A stretch of 13,933 nt of DNA from Anaerolineales bacterium (lineage in GTDB: Bacteria > Chloroflexota > Anaerolineae > E26-bin7): contig SOHZ01000211.1 of NCBI GenBank assembly GCA_004377365.1, forward strand, positions 1-13,933, in the 5' to 3' direction. The position numbers and the translations under genes are program-made. Below the pieces are notes generated by a model. It did not search any database. It worked only from the letters and a program-made list of their open reading frames with translations, and was not told where the DNA came from. This document shows, piece after piece, positions 7,257 to 13,933 of this stretch (positions are counted from its first letter, which is position 1; each line of letters begins with the position of its first letter).

Positions 7257-7285
7257 TTGCCAAAATGCCCCTGTTATGCTAGAAT
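7257..7285 (+). promoter_or_regulatory. Putative sigma-70-type promoter: -35 TTGCCA (7257-7262), 17-nt spacer, extended -10 TGcTAGAAT (7277-7285). The predicted TSS is ~7292.
   Basis: The -35 matches consensus at 5/6 and the -10 at 5/6, with TGn and optimal spacing. It faces the glycosidase gene and is divergent from the minus-strand promoter. Confidence 0.45.
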
Positions 7286-7291
7286 AGACCG

Positions 7292-7445
7292 CGTATCCAT
7301 ACAATACAAGGCCCATGGGGAATGTAACCCATCGTCGTTGTCCCAGGGCACAAAAACTCCTATGGCTCCTCACCGAAGATATTGGACAGCCATAGGGGTT
7401 CTGCAAGCATCTGATCCCTCAGCAAGCTGAAGGGTATTTTATTGT
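7292..7445 (+). ncRNA. Candidate structured 5' leader (attenuator/riboswitch-like) or ~150-nt small RNA. It ends in an intrinsic terminator upstream of the glycosidase gene's proximal promoter and RBS.
   Basis: It contains a 9-bp long-range stem, CCUAUGGCU(7358-7366)…AGCCAUAGG(7387-7395), and the terminator at 7416-7445. The only ORF fully inside the candidate transcript is a 26-aa reading frame with no Shine-Dalgarno; the listed 7239..7430 frame begins upstream of the predicted TSS. Confidence 0.3.
7416..7445 (+). terminator. Intrinsic-terminator/attenuator hairpin: CCCUCAG-caag-CUG(A)AGGG (7-bp stem with a 1-nt bulge and a tetraloop) followed by UAUUUUAUUGU.
   Basis: Seen directly at 7416-7434, with the U-rich tract at 7435-7445. 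It lies 58 nt upstream of the ATG at 7503. Confidence 0.45.
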
Positions 7446-7473
7446 AGACATGGCAATCCTCAGATCGTATGAT
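7445..7473 (+). promoter_or_regulatory. Putative proximal promoter of the glycosidase gene: -35 TAGACA (7445-7450), 17-nt spacer, -10 TATGAT (7468-7473). The predicted TSS is ~7480, and the AGGAGG Shine-Dalgarno at 7491-7496 lies 6 nt before the ATG.
   Basis: Both hexamers match consensus at 5/6 with optimal spacing, read from the sequence. Confidence 0.45.
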
Positions 7474-7502
7474 TTCGTTGAAGAAGAGGTTAGGAGGCTT
7501 TA

Positions 7503-10442
7503 ATGGCTAGTACCAATCCTCTATTAAAGTTGATCGAAGAAATGATAGAGGGCAAATGGAGCGGTTGTATCGTTAACCTGGGTCTGGTCCCCCTGCTGAT
7601 CCTGTCCAGCGTGCTCCTGCCGCCCATCAGGGCTGCCGGCAGGATCATGGACGCCGGCTACACGACCATCCCCATGACTGGTGGCGCGCTCCTCGAGGCC
7701 GATGGCACCCAGTTGACCATACCCCCTGAGGGACTGACTGGCGAGACCAAAGCCAAGTTGACGTCGGTTCCCCGCATAAATTTTCTGGAAGGCTCAGCCG
7801 GCAGCGACCTGTGGAAGGCGGCCGAGGAGATGCCAGAACACTTGATCATGAAAAGCCCCTTCTACCGCCTGAGTGTGAAAGGGGAAATGCCCGGTCAGGC
7901 AGATTTGACCGTTCCGATCCCCAATGACTCGGAACCCTACTCCACCCTGGACCTCTATTCCTGGACGGGTGAAGAATGGCAATGGCTACCCAGCCAGATT
8001 GTCCTTGAGGACGACGTCGTCGAATCCTTCTTGTCCTTTGTGCCGCGCTCAGTAGTGGTGATGCAGACCAGGCCTACCGCTCCGGCCATCTCCGCGGCCA
8101 TGGCTGCCGACGACACCATACCCCCGGAAGGAAAAGACACCCTGGTAGAAATCAATACCCAGGGCCTCTATCTGGACGGTGAGGGCGACATCGGAGGAAG
8201 CATCGGCGGCTTGCCCGCAGAGGATCAAACGGCCTCCTATGCCATCGTGCCCACCCTGCGCAACTGGGAAGAGAGCGGGGTTGTTCGCAGCGACCTGGTT
8301 GACAATATGCTAATCAGTCAGGAGATCTGTGACCATCACATCGCCACCATCGTTGATTTTGTGATTCAGAACATGTACGCTGGTATTGATATTGACTACC
8401 GTGGGATCACTCCTGACCTAAAGGATGAGTTCAGCCGCTTTGTGGCCGAACTGGCCGACAGACTCCACGAGAACCAGAAGCTGTTGACAGTCCGGGTTGA
8501 ATCGCCCAGGCAAATTGCCGAAGACCGCTGGGAAACAGGGGTCTACGACTGGCAGGCCCTCGGCCAGGCTGTGGATGGATTCAAGATACCGGCTATCGTT
8601 GATCCCACAGCTTACGCCCCCGGCGGTCAGATGGAAGCCCTTCTAAATTGGACTGTGGGTGAAGTCAACCGGTACAAGATACAACTGATCATCTCCACCC
8701 GCAGCGTTGAGAAGACTGACGGTTCCTTGGTTAATAAACCTTTCAAAGACGCATTAGCGCCCTTCAGTCAGGTCATAGTCGAAGGGGAAAAGCAGGTGGT
8801 CCTGCCTGGCGAACAGGTGGTCTTTTCCCTGGCCAGCCTGCAAGAATCAACGGGTATCAACTTTGACGAGGCTACCCAGACCTATTGGTTCAGCTTCAGG
8901 GACGAGAACGGCCAGCAGCACACCGTCTGGCTGGAGAACGCCACTAGCATCGCCCGCAAGCTGCAATTGGTAGCCCAGTACAACCTGCGGGGCGTGTCCG
9001 TGCAGAACCTGCTGGGTGAGGAAAATGACCAGCAAATCTGGGAAGTCATGCGTAAATTCCACGATCTGGTGGTCCCGCCGGTGCAGAGCCAGTTCAGCGT
9101 GGTCTGGACGGTGCAAAGTGCGACTGGCGGTCAACTCTCGCAGGAGACCACATCTCTGGCAGATCCCAACTACGTATGGACGGCCCCCCAGGAGCCTGGC
9201 CAATACATGGTAGCGGCGGCCATTTCCGTGGATGGTCGGACCACGGCCGGAGGTGGCAGCGTGGCCCTCCAAGTAGCCGAACCGACGCCTACCGCCGTGC
9301 CACCTACCCCAATACCTGAACCCACGGCTAGCCCAACCCCCAAACCAGCCGAGGCCGCCCCAGCGCCAGAACCGACCCCCACGCCCGAGCCCCAGACCGC
9401 GGCCGCTTCAGTGTCCGGCCTGGGCAGCGAATTTGGCTATGGCCTCCAGGCCCACCTGATCTACAACGACCTGGGTCCTATCATTCATCACACCAAAGCT
9501 ATAGGCTTTGGTTGGATCAAGCAACAGATACGCTGGAGTGACTTTGAGCCGAGCAAGGGCAACATCGGCTGGGGCGAGATGGACCGCATTGTGGATGGCC
9601 TGAATGGGGCGGGCCTCAAGATCCTCTTCAGCGTGGTCGCCCCACCGCCCTGGGCCCACGGAGAGTACGGCTTACCCCATAACCTCCAGGACTATGCCGA
9701 TTTCGTGGGCGCCTGCGCCGCCCGTTACAAAGGCAGGGTTCAGGCTTACGAAATCTGGAACGAGCAGAACCTCAGGCGGGATCCCGAGCAGATCGTCCCC
9801 CCGGACAAATACGTGGCTCTGTTGAAAGTCTCCTACGAAGCCATCAAGGCCCAGGATCCCAACGCTATCGTCGTCAGCGGCGCTCCAACGCCGGCCGGAG
9901 ACGTGGCTGGCTGGGCCATTGACGACATCAACTACCTGGATCAACTGTACGCCGCCGGCATGAAGGACTACTCCGACGCCGTAGGTGCTCACCCCAGTGG
10001 TTTCAACTGTCCGGCCAAAGCCGATTGGCAAACGGTGACCCCGGAAGAGGCCGGAATCGGTGAGCCTAACTTCTGGGGTCCCTTCAACAACCGCCACCAT
10101 AGCTGGTGCTTCCGAGGAACGATGGAAGGCTATCGCAATGTGATGGTCAAGCACGGCGATGGGAACAAGACCATCTGGCCCACAGAGTTCGGCTGGGCGG
10201 TGTCGGCCAGCCCGGTGCTCAATTATGAATACGCAGCCGATAACACCCTGGAAAAGCAAGCCCAGTACCTGGTTGATGCCTACCAGATGAGCAAGTCCTG
10301 GGGTTGGGTCGGGGTGATGTTCTTGTGGAACCTCAACTTTGCGGTGGTGAATCCCGGTTCCGAGCAGGCCCAGTTTGCCATCGTGGACAGCAGTTGGGGG
10401 CCATACCCGGCTTTCCACGCCCTGGCTGCCATGCCCAAGTGA
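7503..10442 (+). CDS. Membrane-anchored multidomain glycoside hydrolase. It has an N-terminal signal-anchor TM, a ~200-aa domain of unknown fold, and a GH18-like (beta/alpha)8 domain with a degenerate catalytic motif (AGIDIDYR in place of DGxDxDWE). A Pro/Thr-rich linker leads to a C-terminal clan GH-A (GH5-like) catalytic domain, with the acid/base in YEIWNEQN and the nucleophile in WPTEFGW.
   Basis: 979-aa ORF with an AGGAGG Shine-Dalgarno. The hydrophobic segment IVNLGLVPLLILSSVLLPPI lies near the N-terminus. The segment FVIQNMYAGIDIDYRGITPDLKDEFSRFVAELADRLHENQKLLTVRV has GH18 strand-4 architecture. The PT linker is AEPTPTAVPPTPIPEPTASPTPKPAEAAPAPEPTPTPEP. NE and TEFG spaced ~140 aa apart is the clan GH-A hallmark. 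The family calls are inference from these motifs. Confidence 0.9.
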   Translation: MASTNPLLKLIEEMIEGKWSGCIVNLGLVPLLILSSVLLPPIRAAGRIMDAGYTTIPMTGGALLEADGTQLTIPPEGLTGETKAKLTSVPRINFLEGSAGSDLWKAAEEMPEHLIMKSPFYRLSVKGEMPGQADLTVPIPNDSEPYSTLDLYSWTGEEWQWLPSQIVLEDDVVESFLSFVPRSVVVMQTRPTAPAISAAMAADDTIPPEGKDTLVEINTQGLYLDGEGDIGGSIGGLPAEDQTASYAIVPTLRNWEESGVVRSDLVDNMLISQEICDHHIATIVDFVIQNMYAGIDIDYRGITPDLKDEFSRFVAELADRLHENQKLLTVRVESPRQIAEDRWETGVYDWQALGQAVDGFKIPAIVDPTAYAPGGQMEALLNWTVGEVNRYKIQLIISTRSVEKTDGSLVNKPFKDALAPFSQVIVEGEKQVVLPGEQVVFSLASLQESTGINFDEATQTYWFSFRDENGQQHTVWLENATSIARKLQLVAQYNLRGVSVQNLLGEENDQQIWEVMRKFHDLVVPPVQSQFSVVWTVQSATGGQLSQETTSLADPNYVWTAPQEPGQYMVAAAISVDGRTTAGGGSVALQVAEPTPTAVPPTPIPEPTASPTPKPAEAAPAPEPTPTPEPQTAAASVSGLGSEFGYGLQAHLIYNDLGPIIHHTKAIGFGWIKQQIRWSDFEPSKGNIGWGEMDRIVDGLNGAGLKILFSVVAPPPWAHGEYGLPHNLQDYADFVGACAARYKGRVQAYEIWNEQNLRRDPEQIVPPDKYVALLKVSYEAIKAQDPNAIVVSGAPTPAGDVAGWAIDDINYLDQLYAAGMKDYSDAVGAHPSGFNCPAKADWQTVTPEEAGIGEPNFWGPFNNRHHSWCFRGTMEGYRNVMVKHGDGNKTIWPTEFGWAVSASPVLNYEYAADNTLEKQAQYLVDAYQMSKSWGWVGVMFLWNLNFAVVNPGSEQAQFAIVDSSWGPYPAFHALAAMPK
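9277..9405 (+). repeat. Low-complexity Pro/Thr/Glu/Ala-rich linker-coding segment inside the glycosidase gene. It generates spurious antisense ORFs (e.g. 9170..9382 -).
   Basis: Compositional bias visible in the nucleotide sequence (ccn/acn/gcn codon runs) and in the translated protein. Confidence 0.6.
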
Positions 10443-10444
10443 TA

Positions 10445-10502
10445 GGTGAGGGTGCAGGCAGTACAACGGACAGGGTGAATTTAACGGACGTTTCTCACCC
10501 TG
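10445..10502. promoter_or_regulatory. Nested inverted repeats between the glycosidase stop and the TA module. The inner 8-bp pair is CAGGGTGA (10471-10478) / TCACCCTG (10495-10502) with a 16-nt loop. The outer AGGGTG (10449-10454) can pair with the same 3' arm instead. This is a candidate TA operator or alternative-structure element, not a classical terminator, because no U-run follows on either strand.
   Basis: The inverted repeats are read directly from the sequence. The function is inference. Confidence 0.3.
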
Positions 10503-10525
10503 GAAAACATAGGAGTCGGAAAATC

Positions 10526-10741
10526 ATGGAAAGTGTATTCGCCTTTGGGGAAGTGTTAGAAGTTGTAGACAAATTGTCTCTGGAAGAACAAGAGACATTG
10601 ATAGAGATCGTACGCCGGCGTGTCATCGAGCGGCGGCGAGAAGAACTCGCCAAAGAAATACAGGATGCCCAAAAGGAATTTCAAGCAGGGCACTGTCACC
10701 CTGTGACGCCGGACGAACTTATGACAGAGATATTATTGTGA
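10526..10741 (+). CDS. Putative type II antitoxin of the 'addiction module component' (CHP02574-like) family: MESVFAFGEVLEVVDKLSLEEQETLIEIVRRRVIERRREELAKEIQDAQKEFQAGH…
   Basis: 71-aa ORF inside the listed 10304..10741 frame. An AGGAGT Shine-Dalgarno lies ~10 nt upstream of the ATG at 10526. The stop TGA overlaps the GTG start of the downstream toxin gene (GTGA, 4-nt overlap). The L(S)xEE(Q/R)xxLIExL motif is typical of that family. Assignment is by motif only. Confidence 0.6.
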   Translation: MESVFAFGEVLEVVDKLSLEEQETLIEIVRRRVIERRREELAKEIQDAQKEFQAGHCHPVTPDELMTEILL

Positions 10742-11019
10742 AACGGCGCTTGTTACGCTCCAGTTCCTTTGTACGGGCAGCCCGACGAACAGTAAAAAAA
10801 CATCCCAATGCTGCTGAGGATATTCAAGCTGCCTTGAAACTATTAGCTGAAGATGCGTTCCATCCACAACTGCGAACTCACAAGTTGAAGGGTAGACTGA
10901 AGGGCTCCTGGTCATGCAGTGCAAGATACGACCTCAGAATCGTTTTTAGGTTTGTCCAATACGAAGGGACTGAAGCCATTCTTCTGGAGACGGTCGGAAC
11001 TCACGAAGAAGTTTACTGA
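10738..11019 (+). CDS. Type II toxin of the RelE/ParE superfamily, YafQ-like mRNA interferase.
   Basis: 93-aa ORF. Its pattern F.RAARRTVKKHP…IQAALKLL…HKLKGRLKGSWSCSARYDLRIVFRF…ILLETVGTHEEVY matches the YafQ/RelE fold signature (basic N-terminal helix, H-x-L-x-G…G…D.RI.F core, C-terminal GTH). It is translationally coupled to the upstream small ORF. Confidence 0.8.
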   Translation: MKRRLLRSSSFVRAARRTVKKHPNAAEDIQAALKLLAEDAFHPQLRTHKLKGRLKGSWSCSARYDLRIVFRFVQYEGTEAILLETVGTHEEVY

Positions 11020-11021
11020 AA

Positions 11022-13043
11022 ATGACACAAACTCCCATTGGGAACAATAAGAATAGCTCAGCGTCCCTTTGGCTGCTGCTGGCTCTGCTGGTCTGTGCTG
11101 CGGCCGCTTTTGCCGGCTGGAGCCTCTTTTTCTACCATCCTGAGACGGTGGCATTGACTGGCTCGACAGCCGATGCTACAAAAACCCCCGGGGCCACTTT
11201 CAGTCCGACGCCAACAGCGAACCCAACCGATACTCCTGCGCCAACAAACACGCCTATCTGGCGCAACAGTGCCGTCCCTACGGACACTTCAGCCCCCACC
11301 AATACTCCTCTGCCGCAGCCACCCACTGATACGCCAGTGCCCACCTCCGTCTCCAACCCCAATTCCCCTACACCGGCTCCTGCCGCTACGAACACCCCCA
11401 AGCCGGTGGGCACGTGTTCAACTTTGACGTGTCAACTGCTGCGCCGCATGGCCGACCTCTCAACGCTGCCCCATCCAGAGGGCACTACTTCTAAACAGTT
11501 CGCCAGCAACAACCACCAAAGCCCGGAAAAGTTCTGGGACTACTTCCGGTCGGACCAGTTTTTCTCTCAGGACCCCCGCTACGGCTACCCGATCGGGCCC
11601 AACTCCTATGCCAACTATCGGATTGTTTTCGGGCCCGATGGAACCAAAGAATACGAGGTCCTACCCCGCACCGAGGGGCCGGGCTACATCGCCCGGGTCT
11701 GGTTCACCCACCGCCAGCATGACCGCCCCGCCGAGGGCGAGGAACCTGATCCCGAGTGGGGTTTCTTCGCCGAGGCCGGCAACATCCGTTTCTACTTTGA
11801 TGACGAACCGACACCCCGCGTTGACATGCCCGTGACCCGGTTCTTTGGTGGAGAGGAAAGCCCGTTTTTGACTCCGCTGGTCAGGCACTACCGCACAGGC
11901 AACGGCGGGAACATCTCCCACGTCCCCATGCCCTTCTACCACTCGGTGCGCGTGACCTTGGCTCCCAATCCGCCCTACGATGAGGGGAAATACGTAGGGC
12001 CGAGGATGTTCCAGATAGCGGTCAAGCGGTTCGACAGCGATCCAGGCCCCTTTGAGAGCTTTCGGTTGCCCTTTACCCAGGAGGAAGCACGCGAACTGGA
12101 ACGGGTCCGCAAAGTCTGGAGTCACCTTGGAGATTATCCCTACCCGACAGGCGGTGAGGTTGAGGTCCGCCAGGTGTTGGAGATCGAACCTGGCGGCTCG
12201 GCGCAGATTGACCTATCCGGTCCCGGTATGATCACTTCCCTCAGGCTCATCATCCAGGATGGCCAGGAAAATGACCTGTGGATGAGGATCTTCTGGGACG
12301 GTCAGGCCAGCCCCGGTGTCGAGGGACCGTTACGAGCCCTCTTTGGAACGGCTGAAGAGACACGCCCCTATCGCTCTCTGCCTTTGGGGATTGTAGCCAT
12401 ACAGCCGCCCGGAGACGAGAAGCAACACGAGTTCTACAATTTCTTCCCCATGCCCTTCCATTCGGCCAGGATCCTGTTCACCAACAGCGGAGGGGGCAGA
12501 CCCCATATCCAGGCTACAATCCTCTACCGTCCAACGAACGACATCGCGGGCACCAGGTTCCATGCCCTGTTCAAGGAGGAGCGGCTGCAGGCCGACAACC
12601 CAGCCAACTACCGGCTTTTGGACGTTGCCGGTAGCGGTCGCTACGTCGGCTGTATCCTCACCGGGCACGACGTTGACCGTGGAGGCCAGCCATACTACGA
12701 TGAAGGACTCCCTGATGTCTGGCGTTTCCCCTACCTGGAGGGTGATTATGACCTATGGGTGGATGGGCAGCTCGCTCTGCCTGGCACGGGGGTCGAGGAC
12801 GATTTCGACGGCGGCTACTACTATATCTGGTATGACCCCCATGATCCGGCCAGTTCGCAATTTCCCCTCTCCGGCTGCACCTGGAAGGACAAACAGGTGA
12901 GGGGCGAAGTCGCCTCGCAGTATCGCTTCTATGTAACCGATGCCGTGGACTTTGATCAGTCTTTGGGTATTGAGGTAGAACACGGAATCATCGGCAACAA
13001 CCTCTCTGTGACCTATTCCAGCACCGCCTTCTGGTATCAATAA
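11022..13043 (+). CDS. Membrane-anchored DUF2961 / GH172-family protein (putative glycoside hydrolase) with an N-terminal TM anchor and a long Pro/Thr-rich linker.
   Basis: 673-aa ORF that starts 2 nt after the toxin stop, with no obvious Shine-Dalgarno. The hydrophobic N-terminus is LWLLLALLVCAAAAFAGWSLFF. The PT linker spans ~aa 50-130. C-terminal motifs characteristic of DUF2961/GH172 include YYDEGLPD…WVDGQ…PGTGVEDDFDGGYYY. The family call is from motif memory and needs an HMM check. Confidence 0.85.
   Translation: MTQTPIGNNKNSSASLWLLLALLVCAAAAFAGWSLFFYHPETVALTGSTADATKTPGATFSPTPTANPTDTPAPTNTPIWRNSAVPTDTSAPTNTPLPQPPTDTPVPTSVSNPNSPTPAPAATNTPKPVGTCSTLTCQLLRRMADLSTLPHPEGTTSKQFASNNHQSPEKFWDYFRSDQFFSQDPRYGYPIGPNSYANYRIVFGPDGTKEYEVLPRTEGPGYIARVWFTHRQHDRPAEGEEPDPEWGFFAEAGNIRFYFDDEPTPRVDMPVTRFFGGEESPFLTPLVRHYRTGNGGNISHVPMPFYHSVRVTLAPNPPYDEGKYVGPRMFQIAVKRFDSDPGPFESFRLPFTQEEARELERVRKVWSHLGDYPYPTGGEVEVRQVLEIEPGGSAQIDLSGPGMITSLRLIIQDGQENDLWMRIFWDGQASPGVEGPLRALFGTAEETRPYRSLPLGIVAIQPPGDEKQHEFYNFFPMPFHSARILFTNSGGGRPHIQATILYRPTNDIAGTRFHALFKEERLQADNPANYRLLDVAGSGRYVGCILTGHDVDRGGQPYYDEGLPDVWRFPYLEGDYDLWVDGQLALPGTGVEDDFDGGYYYIWYDPHDPASSQFPLSGCTWKDKQVRGEVASQYRFYVTDAVDFDQSLGIEVEHGIIGNNLSVTYSSTAFWYQ
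11170..11410 (+). repeat. Low-complexity Pro/Thr-rich linker-coding segment (PTPTANPTDTPAPTNTP…TPAPAATNTPKP). It is the source of spurious antisense ORFs 11132..11413 - and 11173..11427 +.
   Basis: Compositional bias visible in the nucleotide sequence and the translation. Confidence 0.6.
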
Positions 13044-13117
13044 ATCTGTGAGCAGATACGTTAACAAACCACGCGAAGGGTTAGTTAGCAGCTAGCAGGG
13101 GACAGTGGACAGTGAAT

Positions 13118-13933
13118 TTATCGAGAACCCCTGACGCAACGAAACCCCAAATTGAAGTACCGGGCGTTCGGCATGTACCAGCTACGGTAAGCACAGCGAA
13201 CGTTGACCGGTGCCTCGCTCCACGAGCCCCCACGCATCACTTGAGCTGTCCCTTTGTTAGGCCCCTGGGGATTGCGGTCAGGAGCGGCTTGATAGTAATC
13301 CTCTTGATACCGATCGGCCACCCACTCCCACACGTTCCCTGCCATGTCCAGCGCCCCATATGGACTGACTCCTTTCGACTTGCTCCCCACCGGCACCGTT
13401 TGACCACCACATTCATTGTATTGAGCGTGGTCACAATCTATCCCCTCACCCCAGGGATACGTCCGCCCATCCGTCCCCCGCGCCGCCTTCTCCCACTCGG
13501 CCTCGGTAGGCAGCCGCTTGCCTGCCCACTCACAATAGGCCTTAGCCCAGGACCAACCCACGTAAACCACCGGGTGCTGGTTATAGTCGGCGTTATCATA
13601 ATAGGTAGTATCAAAAGGCCAAGCACATGCCCCCGCCTCCACACACTTCCGGTATTGAGCGTTGGTCACCTCATACTTGTCAATGTAGAAAGCGTCCAGA
13701 TAGACGGTGTGCGCCGGTTGCTCGTCACTGTCCCCCTCGTCGTTGCCCATGGTGAACTCGCCGGCCGGGATGCCGACCATCTCTGCTCCGTCCATAGGAC
13801 TCACCCACACTTGGCCCGCCTTGACGACGGCTGGCGGTGGAACAAGCGTAGGTATGGCCCTTGGCAGTGGTGTCAGCATTGGCTTGCCTTTTTGGGCGGT
13901 TACGAAAATCGCTCCCCCAATGACCAGTACAAC
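13118..13933 (-). CDS. Formylglycine-generating-enzyme (FGE-sulfatase / SUMF1) domain protein with an N-terminal TM anchor and Pro-rich spacer. Its N-terminus runs off the right edge of the window.
   Basis: The listed ORF is 13118..13879. My minus-strand reading continues stop-free upstream to 13933 (…[34 protein letters not shown]…), a hydrophobic anchor, so the true start is probably outside the window. FGE hallmarks are present: [99 protein letters not shown]. Confidence 0.85.
   Translation of the reverse strand, partial: VVLVIGGAIFVTAQKGKPMLTPLPRAIPTLVPPPAVVKAGQVWVSPMDGAEMVGIPAGEFTMGNDEGDSDEQPAHTVYLDAFYIDKYEVTNAQYRKCVEAGACAWPFDTTYYDNADYNQHPVVYVGWSWAKAYCEWAGKRLPTEAEWEKAARGTDGRTYPWGEGIDCDHAQYNECGGQTVPVGSKSKGVSPYGALDMAGNVWEWVADRYQEDYYQAAPDRNPQGPNKGTAQVMRGGSWSEAPVNVRCAYRSWYMPNARYFNLGFRCVRGSR

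Noticed and set aside
6885-7430. Small ORFs in the long intergenic region (6881..7096 +, 6885..7166 -, 7176..7406 -, 7239..7430 +) and a 26-aa ORF from ATG 7314
   Set aside because: None has a Shine-Dalgarno. They straddle the promoter and terminator elements identified here, and the peptides have no recognisable features. The region is better explained as regulatory/non-coding. A tiny leader peptide cannot be excluded.
6929-7502. Possibility that the long intergenic region is a degraded pseudogene
   Set aside because: No extended reading frame with protein-like composition exists in any frame. Instead the region is densely packed with promoter/terminator-like elements on both strands.
9170-9382. 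Antisense ORFs across the PT-rich linkers (9170..9382 -, 11132..11413 -, 11173..11427 +)
   Set aside because: They are generated by the low-complexity Pro/Thr codon runs of the linker regions. Their translations are G/V/A homopolymer-like.
10471-10502. Hairpin after the glycosidase stop considered as its rho-independent terminator
   Set aside because: No U-tract follows on either strand (GAAAACAU on +, UCCGUUGUAC on -). It is more likely an operator or alternative-structure element for the TA module.
1-13933. CRISPR arrays, tRNA/rRNA genes, transposases/integrases, prophage or integron signatures
   Set aside because: There are no direct-repeat/spacer periodicity, no tRNA-like GTTCRANYC T-arm motifs in intergenic regions, and no recombinase-like ORFs. 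GC content is uniform across the window, so there is no evidence that this is a mobile island.

Overview
This is a 13.9-kb, high-GC (~57%) bacterial chromosomal window with no rRNA, tRNA, CRISPR or mobile-element signatures. Several genes carry N-terminal membrane anchors and Pro/Thr-rich linkers, and at least one mRNA looks leaderless. That pattern would fit a Chloroflexota-like organism, but this is an inference at low confidence.

From left to right the window contains the following features.

(1) A large minus-strand gene runs off the left edge. It has a signal/anchor, about 5 CarboxypepD_reg-like beta-sandwich repeats, and a DUF4015-like putative glycoside-hydrolase TIM-barrel domain.

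(2) A divergent promoter region sits at 2241-2460, followed by a + strand gene for an acidic HEAT-repeat protein.

(3) A tightly packed three-gene minus-strand operon (3376-6888) encodes a multi-TM SPFH/band-7 flotillin-like protein, then a zinc-ribbon + 4-TM membrane protein, then a PfkB-family kinase. The kinase has motif-level similarity to pseudouridine kinase PsuK/YeiC.

(4) An unusually long (575 bp), ORF-free intergenic region (6929-7502) looks like a regulatory hub. It holds two back-to-back promoters with extended -10 elements. Each appears to launch a ~150-nt transcript that ends in an intrinsic terminator: a minus-strand candidate sRNA or leader at 7046-7197 and a plus-strand one at 7292-7445. 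The proximal promoters of the flanking operons follow.

(5) A 979-aa membrane-anchored multidomain glycosidase combines a GH18-like domain whose catalytic DxxDxDxE motif is substituted (AGIDIDYR), a PT-rich linker, and a clan GH-A (GH5-like) domain with NE and TEFGW catalytic signatures.

(6) A small type II toxin-antitoxin pair follows: a CHP02574-like 'addiction module component' antitoxin plus a YafQ/RelE-family toxin, overlapping by GTGA. It is wedged between the glycosidase genes.

(7) A membrane-anchored DUF2961/GH172-family protein carries a long PT linker.

(8) A convergent, edge-truncated FGE-sulfatase (SUMF1) domain protein with a TM anchor ends the window.

Several listed six-frame ORFs are antisense artefacts of these genes, especially across the PT-rich linkers.
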